From contig DAOORA010000049.1 of NCBI GenBank assembly GCA_035389045.1, positions 1 to 34,992 on the forward strand: a stretch of DNA of 34,992 bases, written 5' to 3'. This DNA is from Bacteroidales bacterium. Lineage in GTDB: Bacteria > Bacteroidota > Bacteroidia > Bacteroidales > CAIWKO01. Position 1 is the stretch's first letter, and every line of letters starts with the position of its first letter. The notes under the pieces are model-generated. The model saw only the letters and a list, made by a program, of their open reading frames with translations, searched no databases and was not told the DNA's origin. Positions 9,467 through 20,700 of this stretch are shown here, piece after piece. Both the position numbers and the translations under genes were made by a program.

Positions 9467-11128
9467 TTATTTAATCTTTACAAATTCTCCTTTAAAGATC
9501 AGCTTCCCGTTATGTGATGTCAGGTAATAGACCCCTTCAGGCAAAGCGGAAATATCAATGGTGGCTTTGGAGGAATTAACTTTCAGTGAGGAAATTTTTT
9601 TAACAATCTCGCCCATAATATTATAAACGGTTACATTTTCCAAATCATTTATAGGTGATGACACACTGATAACAATCTCTGTATTTGCCGGAGAAGGATA
9701 AATGTTTATTTTTTCTTCATTGGAATTCAATTCTGTAACCCCAGTGGCACACACGCCTCTCCCTGCCAGCGAAGTTACACCGGAATTAGTCGGATCTAAC
9801 CAGTCTTTCAGCCTTTTAGCACTAGTGGAACCATTTTTATCCCAATGATAGTATACTTTTCCGTAATAGTCTGGTTCCGTGGGAGTTGAGCAATAAGAAC
9901 CTCCTCCGGTCAGTGTTCCGATAATTTTTCCCGTACTATTAAATAAAGGTGAGCCCGATGATCCTTGTTCGGTAACGCCATGGTTGGTGGTGGTAGCTGC
10001 CCACACAACCCTCCAGTGCGATCCGGAAGCGCCATAAGTAACAGACTGTACTGCAGACGTATATGTAGAAATTTTCATAATATCTGCCGCGGGGTGATGA
10101 ATGCTGACGCCTGTGGCGCTGGGCGAATTGTTTCTGTCCCAGCCATTATAGTACACACTGTAGCTGCTTGCAATAGCACTGCTTATCTGAACCAGGCAAA
10201 AGTCGGAACCACTACCGTTCTGCCCATAGGTATCGTGAGCTTTAAGCGTACATCCTAATTTGCTGAACGTCCCTGTTGGACTTGTCCCCGAACAGTTTGT
10301 GGCCTCATAATGAAACCAAAACTTCCAGTAACTGTAATCTGATGTACTGCAATAGGCGCCACCATAATAATGACAATGGTCTGCAAGCAAAACGTAGGGG
10401 GTGCAATTCTGACTGGTGTTGTTGACCAGCGAACCTGTGCAATTGAACCAATAAGAGCCATGTTTAATATCTAACTTACAGACGCCTTTCTTCTCATCCT
10501 GCCAGATAGCTCCCTCAGGACAATTTATATTTACCTCGCAAGCGCCCGAACTTTTAATTTCTGAATTTTCTTCAGGACGATAAAAATAATCCAAATCTGT
10601 AATGTGAAATAATATGTCATTTATTTTATCGTTTGGCGCGTACAATTCAATGGTGATCTCATCACCTCTGACTTTTTCGTTAGAAAAATTATAATTTTCC
10701 GAATTATTAAGTGAGGTATATGCTCCGATAATTTTTGTTCTGTCATTGTTATATAAAAAGAGTTTTACCCCTTCAGGCAAATAAAAAGAAGCATAACCGA
10801 AACCTATGGATTGTGCCCCCTCTGATTTTACCGTCAATCTCCAGAGGCTGGCATCTACATCCGGGAGGTCTGTCCAGGTTCCGGAATTATTCAATGTGAA
10901 ATCCACAGGCAGGGTAATACCTACGCGGTAAGGTTCGCTTTTCAGTGCCCGGTCGTTGTCCTCGGCAGCAATCTGAAGAAGATCGGGCGGCTGAACCTGC
11001 ACATAATCAATATCAGCAGATAAATTCTTGTAAATGAAGCTTGGAGGTGTACCTCCGGCATTGTCCTGGGCATAGGCCACAAAAACACACAGACACGTAA
11101 AAATCATTGAAAGTAGTGTTTTTTTCAT
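9467..11128 (-). CDS. T9SS-secreted lysyl-endopeptidase-like serine protease (paralog without PKD domains)
   Basis: Signal peptide; LLADHC, SDFCL, TEQGSSGSP; IYPSPA...GVYYL CTD. Confidence 0.9.
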   Translation of the reverse strand: MKKTLLSMIFTCLCVFVAYAQDNAGGTPPSFIYKNLSADIDYVQVQPPDLLQIAAEDNDRALKSEPYRVGITLPVDFTLNNSGTWTDLPDVDASLWRLTVKSEGAQSIGFGYASFYLPEGVKLFLYNNDRTKIIGAYTSLNNSENYNFSNEKVRGDEITIELYAPNDKINDILFHITDLDYFYRPEENSEIKSSGACEVNINCPEGAIWQDEKKGVCKLDIKHGSYWFNCTGSLVNNTSQNCTPYVLLADHCHYYGGAYCSTSDYSYWKFWFHYEATNCSGTSPTGTFSKLGCTLKAHDTYGQNGSGSDFCLVQISSAIASSYSVYYNGWDRNNSPSATGVSIHHPAADIMKISTYTSAVQSVTYGASGSHWRVVWAATTTNHGVTEQGSSGSPLFNSTGKIIGTLTGGGSYCSTPTEPDYYGKVYYHWDKNGSTSAKRLKDWLDPTNSGVTSLAGRGVCATGVTELNSNEEKINIYPSPANTEIVISVSSPINDLENVTVYNIMGEIVKKISSLKVNSSKATIDISALPEGVYYLTSHNGKLIFKGEFVKIK

Positions 11129-11166
11129 GTTTTATAGCTGTTTTTTTATAGTTTGTTTTAATAATG

Positions 11167-11174
11167 CAAATTTA
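11167..11174 (-). promoter_or_regulatory. -7 promoter box for the protease pair
   Basis: TAAATTTG on - strand, ~40 bp upstream of the start at 11128. Confidence 0.5.
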
Positions 11175-11209
11175 AAAAATTATGTCAGATTATGAATACT
11201 TTACAGGAA

Positions 11210-12352
11210 TTAATTTAACATCAGATCGAAAATATTTTCAAGATCAGCCCTATCCATCTTTAAATTATCTCCGGTTGTCTTATTAAAAACCATATTTTCA
11301 ATGATTTCTTCTTTTTTCCAGGCATCAATACCTATTTCTTTCAACCTTACCGGAGCGCCGAGGAGATGAAAATAATGTTCAAGGCTGGTTATTGTTGCTT
11401 CCGGCGAGTTAGTATCAAATACTTCTTTCCCCAGAAAATTCAATTTATCCATTATCCGGCTTTTAAAATAGTTCAACCATGCCGGATATGCAACGGAAAG
11501 GGTGGCGCCATGCGGGATATCATAAAGAACGGATAAGGAATGTCCAATACCATGCACACCCCAGTCACCCGTTTTTTTTCCATAAGAGGTCATTCCATTG
11601 AGCGCACACGTAGCTGCAAACATAATTTTTTCACGGTACCCATAATTGGTCAGGTCTTTCATCAGCAAAGGCCCGTATGTTACAGCTTCTTTTATTATGG
11701 AACATACAAAACGGTCGGTAAGAGTAGTTTCGCCCTTGCCGAAAAAACCTTCCAGCGCATGGGCAATAAGGTCAACAATGCCATAGGCGGTATACTTTGC
11801 GGGAACGGTAATTGTGAATGAAGGGTCAAGAAACGAGTGTTTGGGAAAAATAAAAGGGCTGAAATATCCTGGTTTTTGCTTAGTTACATCATTCTGAACC
11901 ACGGCAAACCCGTTCATCTCGGATCCGGTGGCAGCCAGAGTTAATACGGCAATCAAAGGAATAGCTGTTACAGGTTTAACTTTATATTCAAACAGTTCCC
12001 ATGCCCTGTTTTTGAGAGGGATGGCAAGAGCGATAATTTTTGCAGAATCAATAACGCTGCCCCCTCCCACGGCAACGATGACATCTATATTGTTTTTTCT
12101 TCCGATTTCCGCTGCAGCATCCACATCACTGATCACCGGGTTGGATTTTATTCCGGCATATTCAAAAACTGCGGAACCTGCCTGGTGAAGTTGAGCCACC
12201 ACCTGTGCATAAAGACCGTTTGTCTTAATGGAATTTTTCCCGTAAACCAGTAACACCCGTTTGCCGAACTTACTTACAGTTTCTGACAAATCATTTATAA
12301 CGCCTTTCCCAAAATGCAGGCAGGTTGGATTGCTGATAATAAAATTTTCCAT
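11210..12352 (-). CDS. Iron-containing alcohol dehydrogenase (butanol dehydrogenase-like)
   Basis: NPT.LHFGKG, GGGSVID, TLAATGSE, D...H, H.IGH, HGATL metal ligands. Confidence 0.92.
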   Translation of the reverse strand: MENFIISNPTCLHFGKGVINDLSETVSKFGKRVLLVYGKNSIKTNGLYAQVVAQLHQAGSAVFEYAGIKSNPVISDVDAAAEIGRKNNIDVIVAVGGGSVIDSAKIIALAIPLKNRAWELFEYKVKPVTAIPLIAVLTLAATGSEMNGFAVVQNDVTKQKPGYFSPFIFPKHSFLDPSFTITVPAKYTAYGIVDLIAHALEGFFGKGETTLTDRFVCSIIKEAVTYGPLLMKDLTNYGYREKIMFAATCALNGMTSYGKKTGDWGVHGIGHSLSVLYDIPHGATLSVAYPAWLNYFKSRIMDKLNFLGKEVFDTNSPEATITSLEHYFHLLGAPVRLKEIGIDAWKKEEIIENMVFNKTTGDNLKMDRADLENIFDLMLN

Positions 12353-12360
12353 TTATATCT

Positions 12361-15300
12361 TTATAAAACTATTATCTTGCTGATAAAGGAATTGTGTTCT
12401 CCGGTAAAATTCAGATAATAAACTCCTTTGGTGAGATTGCTGTTATTTACATTTATCACAAGCTTGTGCTCTCCGGCTGATAAACGGCCATCTGCAAGTA
12501 CATAAACCTGCCGGCCCGAATTATCAAAAAGTATCATACGGATATTTTCGTCAGACTGAAGTTCAAACGAAATTACAGCTTCGCTGAGCAGGGGGTTGGG
12601 TGAGACAGCAAAATTATATGTTTCAGAATGAATATCTTTAATTCCGGTTGCAGACAGCAAAGAAACCTGACGGTAATTGATCTGTTGGGGCACCGGAACC
12701 GTAAAATTAATAGTCAGGGCATAATGGCCAACTGCTGAAATATTGGAGGCGCTGTCGACAACCACCGTGTTTAATTCTCCTGCATTTACCGAAGGATATG
12801 GGTTTTCATAACGAATATCTTTTGCGGGATCAGGTCCGGCTGTGATTATTGCTGTATTAGCCCTTGACCGGAAAACATTGACTTCGTCTATGATCAGCTT
12901 TGAATTACAACTTCTGAATGATATATAGTTACCTTCGTTATATGGCGTCGGATCTGTCCAGCTGCCCACCAGTGTGTCATTACGAAGCACTTCGGATTTC
13001 CCGGTCGAATGATTGAAGATAACTTTAATATCATACCATTGGCCGGAATTAAAAGAAACATTATGAATGGTTTTTTTTGGTGTGCCGAAAATATCATTGG
13101 CGATTTTAAAAAATTCCAACGTTTTTAAATCAACATTAAACCAGATAAAATATGCATTCCCCCTGTCCGGGAGGCAGGCGCTGTCGCTGAAATAATAAAT
13201 GCCAAAACGACGGTTGAGAGACGAACCTTCCACCTTAGCTCTGAACTGATAGAGATATGAATCAGACAGATTCTGATCGATAGCGGTATAGATATTTGAA
13301 TTATTCACGTTTTCGTCGGTCTGCTGAACTGAAGAACCATTTGATATCCACGTACCCGAATTTGTAGGAATCTTCCAGATATTGGTGTCGAGGACAGTGA
13401 AATTTTCACTAATAAATCCCCGTGCGGCATTTGCGCCCCATTTTCCATTATTCATATCCTTAACCTGATAAAAGGACTTTTCGATACCACTGAGTAAGTC
13501 CGTATCGTTAAAAGTGGCGGTAAAATCTCCTGTAATCGTGGAAGGAATATTGGTTACCGAAGTTGCCGGTGCTGTCCAGTCTACTTTTACACTGGCTGCC
13601 GCCTGCGGTGACCAGTTGCCGGCAGCATCGCAGACAATGGTATTTATCCGGCAGGCCCATTGTGCAGCAGATGAACTTTGATAACGGGCGTCTTTTGATG
13701 CCATATTGCCCACACGGGCTGTAATTTCTGATGTGCGTGACCGGCGTACTTTAAAATCATCAAACCACACCTTACAAGAACTGCTGCTCAGTGATACATA
13801 ATCTCCGTTCAGCAGAGGCTTGGGATCAATCCAGCCGGCTACAGGAACATCGTTTATATAAGCTTTTATTTCGCCATATCCGGGATCATATGTGATTTTG
13901 AAATCATACCATAAACCCTGATTGAGGACATAGGGATTGTCAACTTTCTTATAAAGCGTGTCGCCCGATATGCGGTATATCTGTACTTTATCGTCGTCGG
14001 CACAGAACCGGGCAAAATATGCGTTTCCTCTGTTGGGCAGTACCGGATCGTCTGCAAAAAAATACAGTCCGCAACAGCGGTTGCTGGTACTGCCGCTTAT
14101 TTTGGCCGACCACTGATACATATACCCTGAGCTGTCATACTGGTTTAATGAAGTGTAGATATTGGAATTGCCCAACGTTGAATCAGACTGATACAATGAA
14201 GCGTTATTTATGGCCCATGTGCCTCCGTTGGTGTTTACGGTCCAGTCCGGATGAACAGCGGCTGAAAAGTTATCATTGAAAAAACCGTTTTGCTTATTGG
14301 CCCGCCATTCAGTGCCATTATAATCCATCACCTGGTAATATTTTTTCTTGACTCCGCTGATCCCTGAAGCGCTGTTGCCGGTATTGCCGCTGCCTCCGCT
14401 GCCGCTGCCTCCGCTAAGGTCTGTATCGGAAAAGGAAACGGTAAAGTCATTGTTTACCCAATGGGGCACTGCGGCTATTGTTGTTACCGGATCCTGTGTG
14501 TCGGATTGCGTGGATGTCCAGGTCGCTGTCCATCCCGGATATGTGACCGAACAGTCGCTGCGGAATTCAATAAATAAGGCACCTCCCGTGGAGGTAATGG
14601 TCGTCGGGCTTATTGTATTATACCTGCCGATCAGGGGTGCAAATTCATTGGTGCCATTATAAATATAAAGATAATCGTAGTTGGCCTCAACGCTGAACTG
14701 CGAAAAAGTAAGCGTAATACTTTGGGCGCCTGTGGGCTGTATCAGCCAGAATTTGCGTTCATCAACGGAATAATTTCCGGAACCGCCCCCTGTATCATAA
14801 AAAACGCCTGTGGGAGTAGTATAGGTTGTCACCGGGGTCGGGTAATTAAGAAGCTTGTAATAATGATCCCAGTCCCAGTTTGGTCCGGGGTCTGTATGAG
14901 TTGAATTGGGATAATGCTGATGTCCTTTGATTTTTATACAGGTGCCCTCGCCGCCTAAGCTATGCAGTCCGTAATCCAGCACTGTGCCATCATCAAGCGT
15001 TTCGGTGAAAAAGGTTCTCCTGGTGTCAATGTTATACCGGTTGCAAATATCCCTTGTCAGGGCAGCAGATACCTGGTACATGGTTTCGGTATACCAGGAA
15101 GGATCGCTGACGTATCCTTCATGCTCATAACCGATGGAGTACCAGTTTTCACTACCCACATGCCATCCTGCATTATATTCGTTTACCATTTGTGTGACCT
15201 GGCCGGCATAAGAAGAGTTTGACGCAACAACATAATGTGTTGCCGCGCTGGCAATGGGGTTCAAAAACCAGTTTATGCACGACACATAGCTGCCCTGAAC

Positions 15301-16089
15301 GGTATGAATGGCAATGGCGGAAATGGTATGCCCATTCCATCCGTAATAATGATTGGGCGAAGCCACCCAGGTACACCATGGCCGGTTATAATCGGGACAG
15401 GGCCCCGACAGATAAAGGGCTTTATAGGTTTGTCCGTTTTCGTTGGTAACAGCTTCCTCTGAAACATTCACCTGTTTTGAGGTGAGTATCTTCAGGTTTT
15501 CTTCACCAAAAATGTCCCTCATATTAAAAGAATATTCCGGAAACCCATATTGTTGCTGATTGGCTTTATCATTTAAAAAATAAAAAATCCCGTACAGGTA
15601 CAGGTTTATTGTATAATCATTGGCCGGAGATGAGTTACTGATGTTTAATTCGCTTAGCGCTATCAGAACTTTTGAAATGGCAAGCGCAGGTTCATTTTTC
15701 CCTTTCTGGTAAGAGAGTTGCTTTTGATAGGCTGCAGCATAAGCCAATATGTTGACACGCGGGTCGCTGATGATCTGGTCGGTATTATATCCTGAAAGAC
15801 CGGCCACTTTTTTCAGATTTTCACGGAAATAACCCTTACCGTCGAGCACCAATCCCATAACGCCATAAAAACCAGGCAAGCCGGAACAACTGCTTTCTTC
15901 GGCAGGCGGATCAACATGCCGGATATGTGTATATGTATACGAAACGGCTTCCAGCACTCCGCGCGGCACATCAGGATAATGCTGATACGCTTCATTAAAA
16001 TAACTCTGGTATGGATATGTACTTTCCTGTGTTTGTGCAGTCAACCGAAATACTGCCAGCAAAAGCAAAAACAACAGTATCTTCTTCAT
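12361..16089 (-). CDS. T9SS-secreted multidomain N-acetylmuramoyl-L-alanine amidase (Amidase_2, CUB, two ~300-aa repeats, CTD)
   Basis: IAIHT, ATHYVV, GWHVG...N..SIGYEHEG, GHQH...HTDPGPNWDW; CUB (WLIQP...LTFSQFSVEANYDYLYIYNG); VSPNP...GVYYL CTD. Confidence 0.88.
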   Translation of the reverse strand: MKKILLFLLLLAVFRLTAQTQESTYPYQSYFNEAYQHYPDVPRGVLEAVSYTYTHIRHVDPPAEESSCSGLPGFYGVMGLVLDGKGYFRENLKKVAGLSGYNTDQIISDPRVNILAYAAAYQKQLSYQKGKNEPALAISKVLIALSELNISNSSPANDYTINLYLYGIFYFLNDKANQQQYGFPEYSFNMRDIFGEENLKILTSKQVNVSEEAVTNENGQTYKALYLSGPCPDYNRPWCTWVASPNHYYGWNGHTISAIAIHTVQGSYVSCINWFLNPIASAATHYVVASNSSYAGQVTQMVNEYNAGWHVGSENWYSIGYEHEGYVSDPSWYTETMYQVSAALTRDICNRYNIDTRRTFFTETLDDGTVLDYGLHSLGGEGTCIKIKGHQHYPNSTHTDPGPNWDWDHYYKLLNYPTPVTTYTTPTGVFYDTGGGSGNYSVDERKFWLIQPTGAQSITLTFSQFSVEANYDYLYIYNGTNEFAPLIGRYNTISPTTITSTGGALFIEFRSDCSVTYPGWTATWTSTQSDTQDPVTTIAAVPHWVNNDFTVSFSDTDLSGGSGSGGSGNTGNSASGISGVKKKYYQVMDYNGTEWRANKQNGFFNDNFSAAVHPDWTVNTNGGTWAINNASLYQSDSTLGNSNIYTSLNQYDSSGYMYQWSAKISGSTSNRCCGLYFFADDPVLPNRGNAYFARFCADDDKVQIYRISGDTLYKKVDNPYVLNQGLWYDFKITYDPGYGEIKAYINDVPVAGWIDPKPLLNGDYVSLSSSSCKVWFDDFKVRRSRTSEITARVGNMASKDARYQSSSAAQWACRINTIVCDAAGNWSPQAAASVKVDWTAPATSVTNIPSTITGDFTATFNDTDLLSGIEKSFYQVKDMNNGKWGANAARGFISENFTVLDTNIWKIPTNSGTWISNGSSVQQTDENVNNSNIYTAIDQNLSDSYLYQFRAKVEGSSLNRRFGIYYFSDSACLPDRGNAYFIWFNVDLKTLEFFKIANDIFGTPKKTIHNVSFNSGQWYDIKVIFNHSTGKSEVLRNDTLVGSWTDPTPYNEGNYISFRSCNSKLIIDEVNVFRSRANTAIITAGPDPAKDIRYENPYPSVNAGELNTVVVDSASNISAVGHYALTINFTVPVPQQINYRQVSLLSATGIKDIHSETYNFAVSPNPLLSEAVISFELQSDENIRMILFDNSGRQVYVLADGRLSAGEHKLVINVNNSNLTKGVYYLNFTGEHNSFISKIIVL
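14386..14415. repeat. 15-bp tandem duplication encoding SGGSG x2 in a Gly/Ser insert
   Basis: GCCGCTGCCTCCGCT occurs twice in tandem. Confidence 0.85.
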
Positions 16090-16251
16090 TTTTTTGTTTT
16101 CACAAATTTAAAAAGAATTTCTAAAAACTGCCTTCTAATAATCAATAATAACCTGAAATAATTTTTTGGTAAGGGTTGCTGCTTTATTCTAATACCGGTC
16201 ATGCCTGACATCTAAAGGACAGTCATATCGGCAAACCCTTATATTTCATCA

Positions 16252-17289
16252 TTAATTTTCTTCTTTGAAAAAAACCTTGTAATAGTGCATGCCGGTTACT
16301 TCATCGTACCCGCGTTCTATCAAATCCTTGTTACCGTGTACATAAATATGAAAATTCTTGTCGAGTTTGATGACACTCTTAAATATTCGTTGTTGTTTTT
16401 TAACAGCGGGAGTTGAGATATTGAACTCATCATATATTTCAATTTCTCTCTCATCTGAAAATTCTTTTTTATAGTTATTAAACACTGAAATAACTTCCGG
16501 AGATTGTATTACTTCCGATGTAAAATCCGCCATGCTGAACGTATCTTTTTCTTTAAAAAATTTTACAGATTTGTTCAGCATATCCACCTGGTCGGCTTTG
16601 CTCACTTCAAAGGTTTCGGGCAACCGGTCCACAACAAAATTCTTGCACATGGTCAAAACATTTTGGGTGTGATGGTAATCGTCATTACACGGGCGGACAT
16701 TCAGAAAGTCCTCTTTCCAGTATTGTGCATCATTGCCCTTGTTCGCATTATCAACAATGGAAACCAGGTACCCCTTCTCTTTTTCAGTATTAAATATCAG
16801 ACACCCTTTGTCAAGCTTATTGATATTAATTCCTTCTTCGCTGTTGATGGTAAAGTTTCCGTCTGCATGTATAATTTTTAAAAAAACATCTTTGTTTTCC
16901 GATTTGAAAAGGCCCAGGGCATCAACCGTTTCGCCCTGTATTTCACAGTCCTCAAAATATACCACACAAAACTCGCCTGATTTCACCTTGGGATGCGAGC
17001 TCTTTTCATATAGTCGCCTTGCAAGATTAACACTGTTGTTATAAAAACTGCCGGGGTCATCAAATATTTCCGAAACATATCCGTAAACTTCATTGAATTT
17101 CAGATCGCCCTGATGATAAAGGTTAAATAATTCCGCAGATTTGAATGAATTAGTGAAAAAATCTGAAAGTATAAATCTTAGTTCCTCATCAGTATTTATA
17201 ATCTTTTTAGAAAGTTTAACGCCTTCGTCCACAGATTTATTTCCTATAAAATGTACAACGATCCGGCTTGTTATAAGATTTTTGAACAT
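16252..17289 (-). CDS. Nucleoid-associated protein (NA37/NdpA-like, Bacteroidota type)
   Basis: VHFIGNK, SSHPKVKSGE, GLFKSENK, GININKLDKGCLIFN, KSVIKLDKNFHIYVHG. Confidence 0.8.
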   Translation of the reverse strand: MFKNLITSRIVVHFIGNKSVDEGVKLSKKIINTDEELRFILSDFFTNSFKSAELFNLYHQGDLKFNEVYGYVSEIFDDPGSFYNNSVNLARRLYEKSSHPKVKSGEFCVVYFEDCEIQGETVDALGLFKSENKDVFLKIIHADGNFTINSEEGININKLDKGCLIFNTEKEKGYLVSIVDNANKGNDAQYWKEDFLNVRPCNDDYHHTQNVLTMCKNFVVDRLPETFEVSKADQVDMLNKSVKFFKEKDTFSMADFTSEVIQSPEVISVFNNYKKEFSDEREIEIYDEFNISTPAVKKQQRIFKSVIKLDKNFHIYVHGNKDLIERGYDEVTGMHYYKVFFKEEN

Positions 17290-17576
17290 GAGCGGTGATT
17301 ATTTTGTAATTGTTTTATATACAGATTTTTAATACAACACGAATGACTGCAAATTTATTAAAATATCCGCCCCCCCGACCCTTCTATTTATAAGAAATTG
17401 TTTTGATTTTATCTTTTCATATCTTTATGCGTCTTTTTTGCTGCAACTTTGTTAGATTTTTCGACATAGGATAAACTATGTCTGCAAAATCTGCCTCGTT
17501 TCGCAAAAAAATCCATCATAAATCTTATGTAACATAAAATCAAAACAGTTTCTAAGTGTTTAAATTTAATATGTAT

Positions 17577-17723
17577 GAGCCTACTCCAAAAAGTATGATT
17601 TTTGAAAATCAGCTTTGCCCCTGTCCGCCAACTGGTGGAAGGCTGATTTTCTGCGACTTTCCTTTTGGGATAAAGGGCAAAAAGTCGCAGGATAAGAAAA
17701 ACGTGGCTTTTTGGAGTGGACTC
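17577..17723. mobile_element. MITE-like element, 147 bp, with 17-bp TIRs and a 6-bp target-site duplication
   Basis: GAGCCTACTCCAAAAAG (17577-17593) and CTTTTTGGAGTGGACTC (17707-17723) match at 15/17. ATGTAT flanks both ends (17571-17576, 17724-17729). Two internal hairpins. Confidence 0.8.
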
Positions 17724-17731
17724 ATGTATTA

Positions 17732-20700
17732 TTATTCAATCATTGCATCATACACCACCTGCTGAATATTCTGCCGGATACGGTAATTATTGATTTTTTG
17801 ATTTGAGCTTGTGGGGCACACCCTGTTCGACAAGAAGACAAAAACCAGTTCATTTTCCGGGTCGGCCCATACGCAGGTACCGGTAAATCCTGTATGACCA
17901 AAGGTGCTTAACGAAGCCCCCGGTGCAAGCATTTTGGCATCGGGCTTTCCTTTCCGGTCAAATCCGAGCCCTCGGTACGTCCCGTTTTGTGCCGAAGTGA
18001 ACAAGGCAACCGTTTTTTCGGATAAATAAATCGTGCCGCCATACCTGCCCTTGTTGAGTAACAACTGCATCAGCACCCCCAGGTCATGGGCATTGGAAAA
18101 CATCCCGGCATTGCCTCCTATGCCGCCCAGTAGGGCTGCCATCGGATCATGCACATAACCGTGTATGAGTTGCTTCCTGAAATAATTGTCTTGTTCCGTA
18201 GGAACGATTTCTTCGGACTTAAACTTTTTCAGCGGATTAAAACCCATCCGAGTCAGGTTTAACAAAGCAAGATAAACTTGATCGAGATATTTGTCAAGCG
18301 GCATCTCTGCTGCTTTTTCCACAACCTTCATCACAAGGTACAGATTCAGGTCGCTGTAGAGGTAGCCCTTGTCCGGTCGTATCCATGTCTGCTTGGCAAG
18401 CTGCCACAACGAATCGGTCACTATGGTTCGTAAAAACATGTTTTTGGCTACTTCAACGGTATATTCTGGTTTTTTCATGTTTGAAAAAAGATAATTCCAT
18501 AATGAATCACCATTTGTATTAAATATAGAAGTATCAATGCCGTTAACAAAAAGATGATCACCGTTTTCACCCCCTTGATATTCCTGTGAAACGGTATCCG
18601 ATGCGTGTTCCGTTTGTTTTCCCATCATTTTTAATGCGTATTCCGGAGAAATAAATAAACCAACGGGCAACCCCTCGGGTAGCCCAGAGCGATGGGTCAG
18701 CAGTTCTGACAAACGGACATTATTGAGTTTTGAATTTCTCACTTTTTTACCACGGGCATTTTTGTCCAGGTCGTTGAAATAATAAATCAGGGTGGTGTCC
18801 AGATTTATCTTTCTTTTATCGTAAAGCGACATCAGCGCCAGGGTTGTTACCACTTTGGTCACCGAGGCAAGATCGTAAAGATCGGTGTTCTTCACTTTTT
18901 GTTTTCCATCATAGGTGTGCGTGCCAAAACTCTTATTATAAAACACTTTGCCATGTCGTGCAAAAAACACCTGGCACCCCGGAAAAGCTCCTGCATTTAT
19001 TGCAAAATCAACAATAGAGTCAATTTTATAAAGCCGGGCACCATCAATTTCTGCATCTTCAGCAGCCGTATATTTAAAACAAATTGGATGAGCAATCTCC
19101 AGTCCGTCGTTATAACAAAACTCATGTGAAAAAGAATACGGCAGGGTTCCGGAAATTTTTTCTCCGCCGAAAATAACCGAAGAGATGGTCTGCTGTGCCA
19201 ATGCCGATGAGGACATACTCCACAGCAGACAGGGAACGCGGTGGAATGACGCTAAAAAACCGGCGCTGCCAAACAATGTCACGATTGCTTTTTTATCTTC
19301 AGAAACCCGGGCTATGAGTTGCTGGATTTTTGTAAAGGTGCTGTTCAAGTATGCCGGGCTTTCATAAACAGCAAAAATGATGACGGAATATGGCCTGACT
19401 TTATTTATTAATACATTTTGTTCTGCATCAGTAGCCTCAGGACCGATTACAAACTGCACAGCTGATGCATACTTTCCGGCTGTGTTAATAAAATCATCGC
19501 CCGTTGAACCTCCGATTTGAATTATGGCCATTTTTTCTTTTTCGGTGTCGCGGAGCGGAATCGTTTTATTCCTGTTGTTTAATAATACCATTGAGGATTC
19601 CATAATCCTGTAATACAACTGTTTACTTTTCCGGTAACTGCAATAATAATGCGCGCTGTCGGCATCAGTGTGCTGGTGTTTCTTCATTTTCATCCATGAT
19701 TTTGCCAGTAAGATCCGCTTTACTTTTTTATCAAGTGTGTCTTCCGGAATTTTACCGTCACATACAGCTGTAATAATTTCATCCACCATATATTTCCGAT
19801 CTGGCGGTACAATCAGAATATCCGTGCCGGAATTCAAGAGGTCGTAAACCAGCGATTTGTCTTTACAATTTTCTGCAAGCGCTGAAAAGACAAGGCCTTC
19901 GTATTTAAATGTTTTTACCAGGGAGTCGGTACTCTTTGGATCGGGTTTATCCAGAAACATTCCAGGCAATCCGCTGTTGATAAGGGTTTTTAATGGCTGT
20001 TTGCGCATAGTGTCCTGCAGACCGGATACCGGAAAGGTAACCCGTAAATGATTTTCGTCTTCCATCCCGAACACACAAGGAATCAATCCTGCGTTATTCA
20101 TCTGTTTTTGAATAAATAACAGCTTTTTCTGCAGTTTCAGGGCAGAACGGACAAAACTCATACTCCACGGCAAATCATAATTCGAAGTTACGGCATTCAT
20201 GGGAAGCATCAAGTTAATGTGCACGCCGCAGTGCTTCATCTGTTTTACGGTCAGCGCTGTCATATCAATGGTCAACTGTTCATCATAATGATCCGGGCCG
20301 GGCATGGCAGCGCATGAGGCCAGGCTATCGTCCGGGCTGTATAAGCCTGCAGGAGCCTTTACTGCAAAGAACAGGGGGATATCTGAATGGTTCTGCAGAA
20401 CGCCAGTAATATGTGGAATGTTGCTAATGGCGCCGCCTGCCAGATAAAAACCGCAGGGCTTGTATTGGGTTAACTGCTGTATAATGGCTTTCTCATTTTT
20501 AGTGTCACGGACACCGATCATGATAAGTTGCCCGGCTTTTTCTTTCAGCGACATGCACGCTATTAATGAATCGGCATAAATGGATTTGTGCCTGAGAAAT
20601 AAACATGCCCCCGGAGCCTTTTCATTCAAAGTTTTGCGGACAGGACGAAAAATGAAATAGCACAATGATCCTGAAAAGACAAGGCCTGCGAAAATTATCA

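Noticed and set aside
17556..17765. 69-aa ORF
   Set aside because: Coincides with the MITE and is better explained as noncoding.
17732..19100. Antibiotic-resistance beta-lactamase
   Set aside because: The SxxK domain is part of a GH3 fusion typical of cell-wall or glycan processing; nothing in the sequence indicates resistance.
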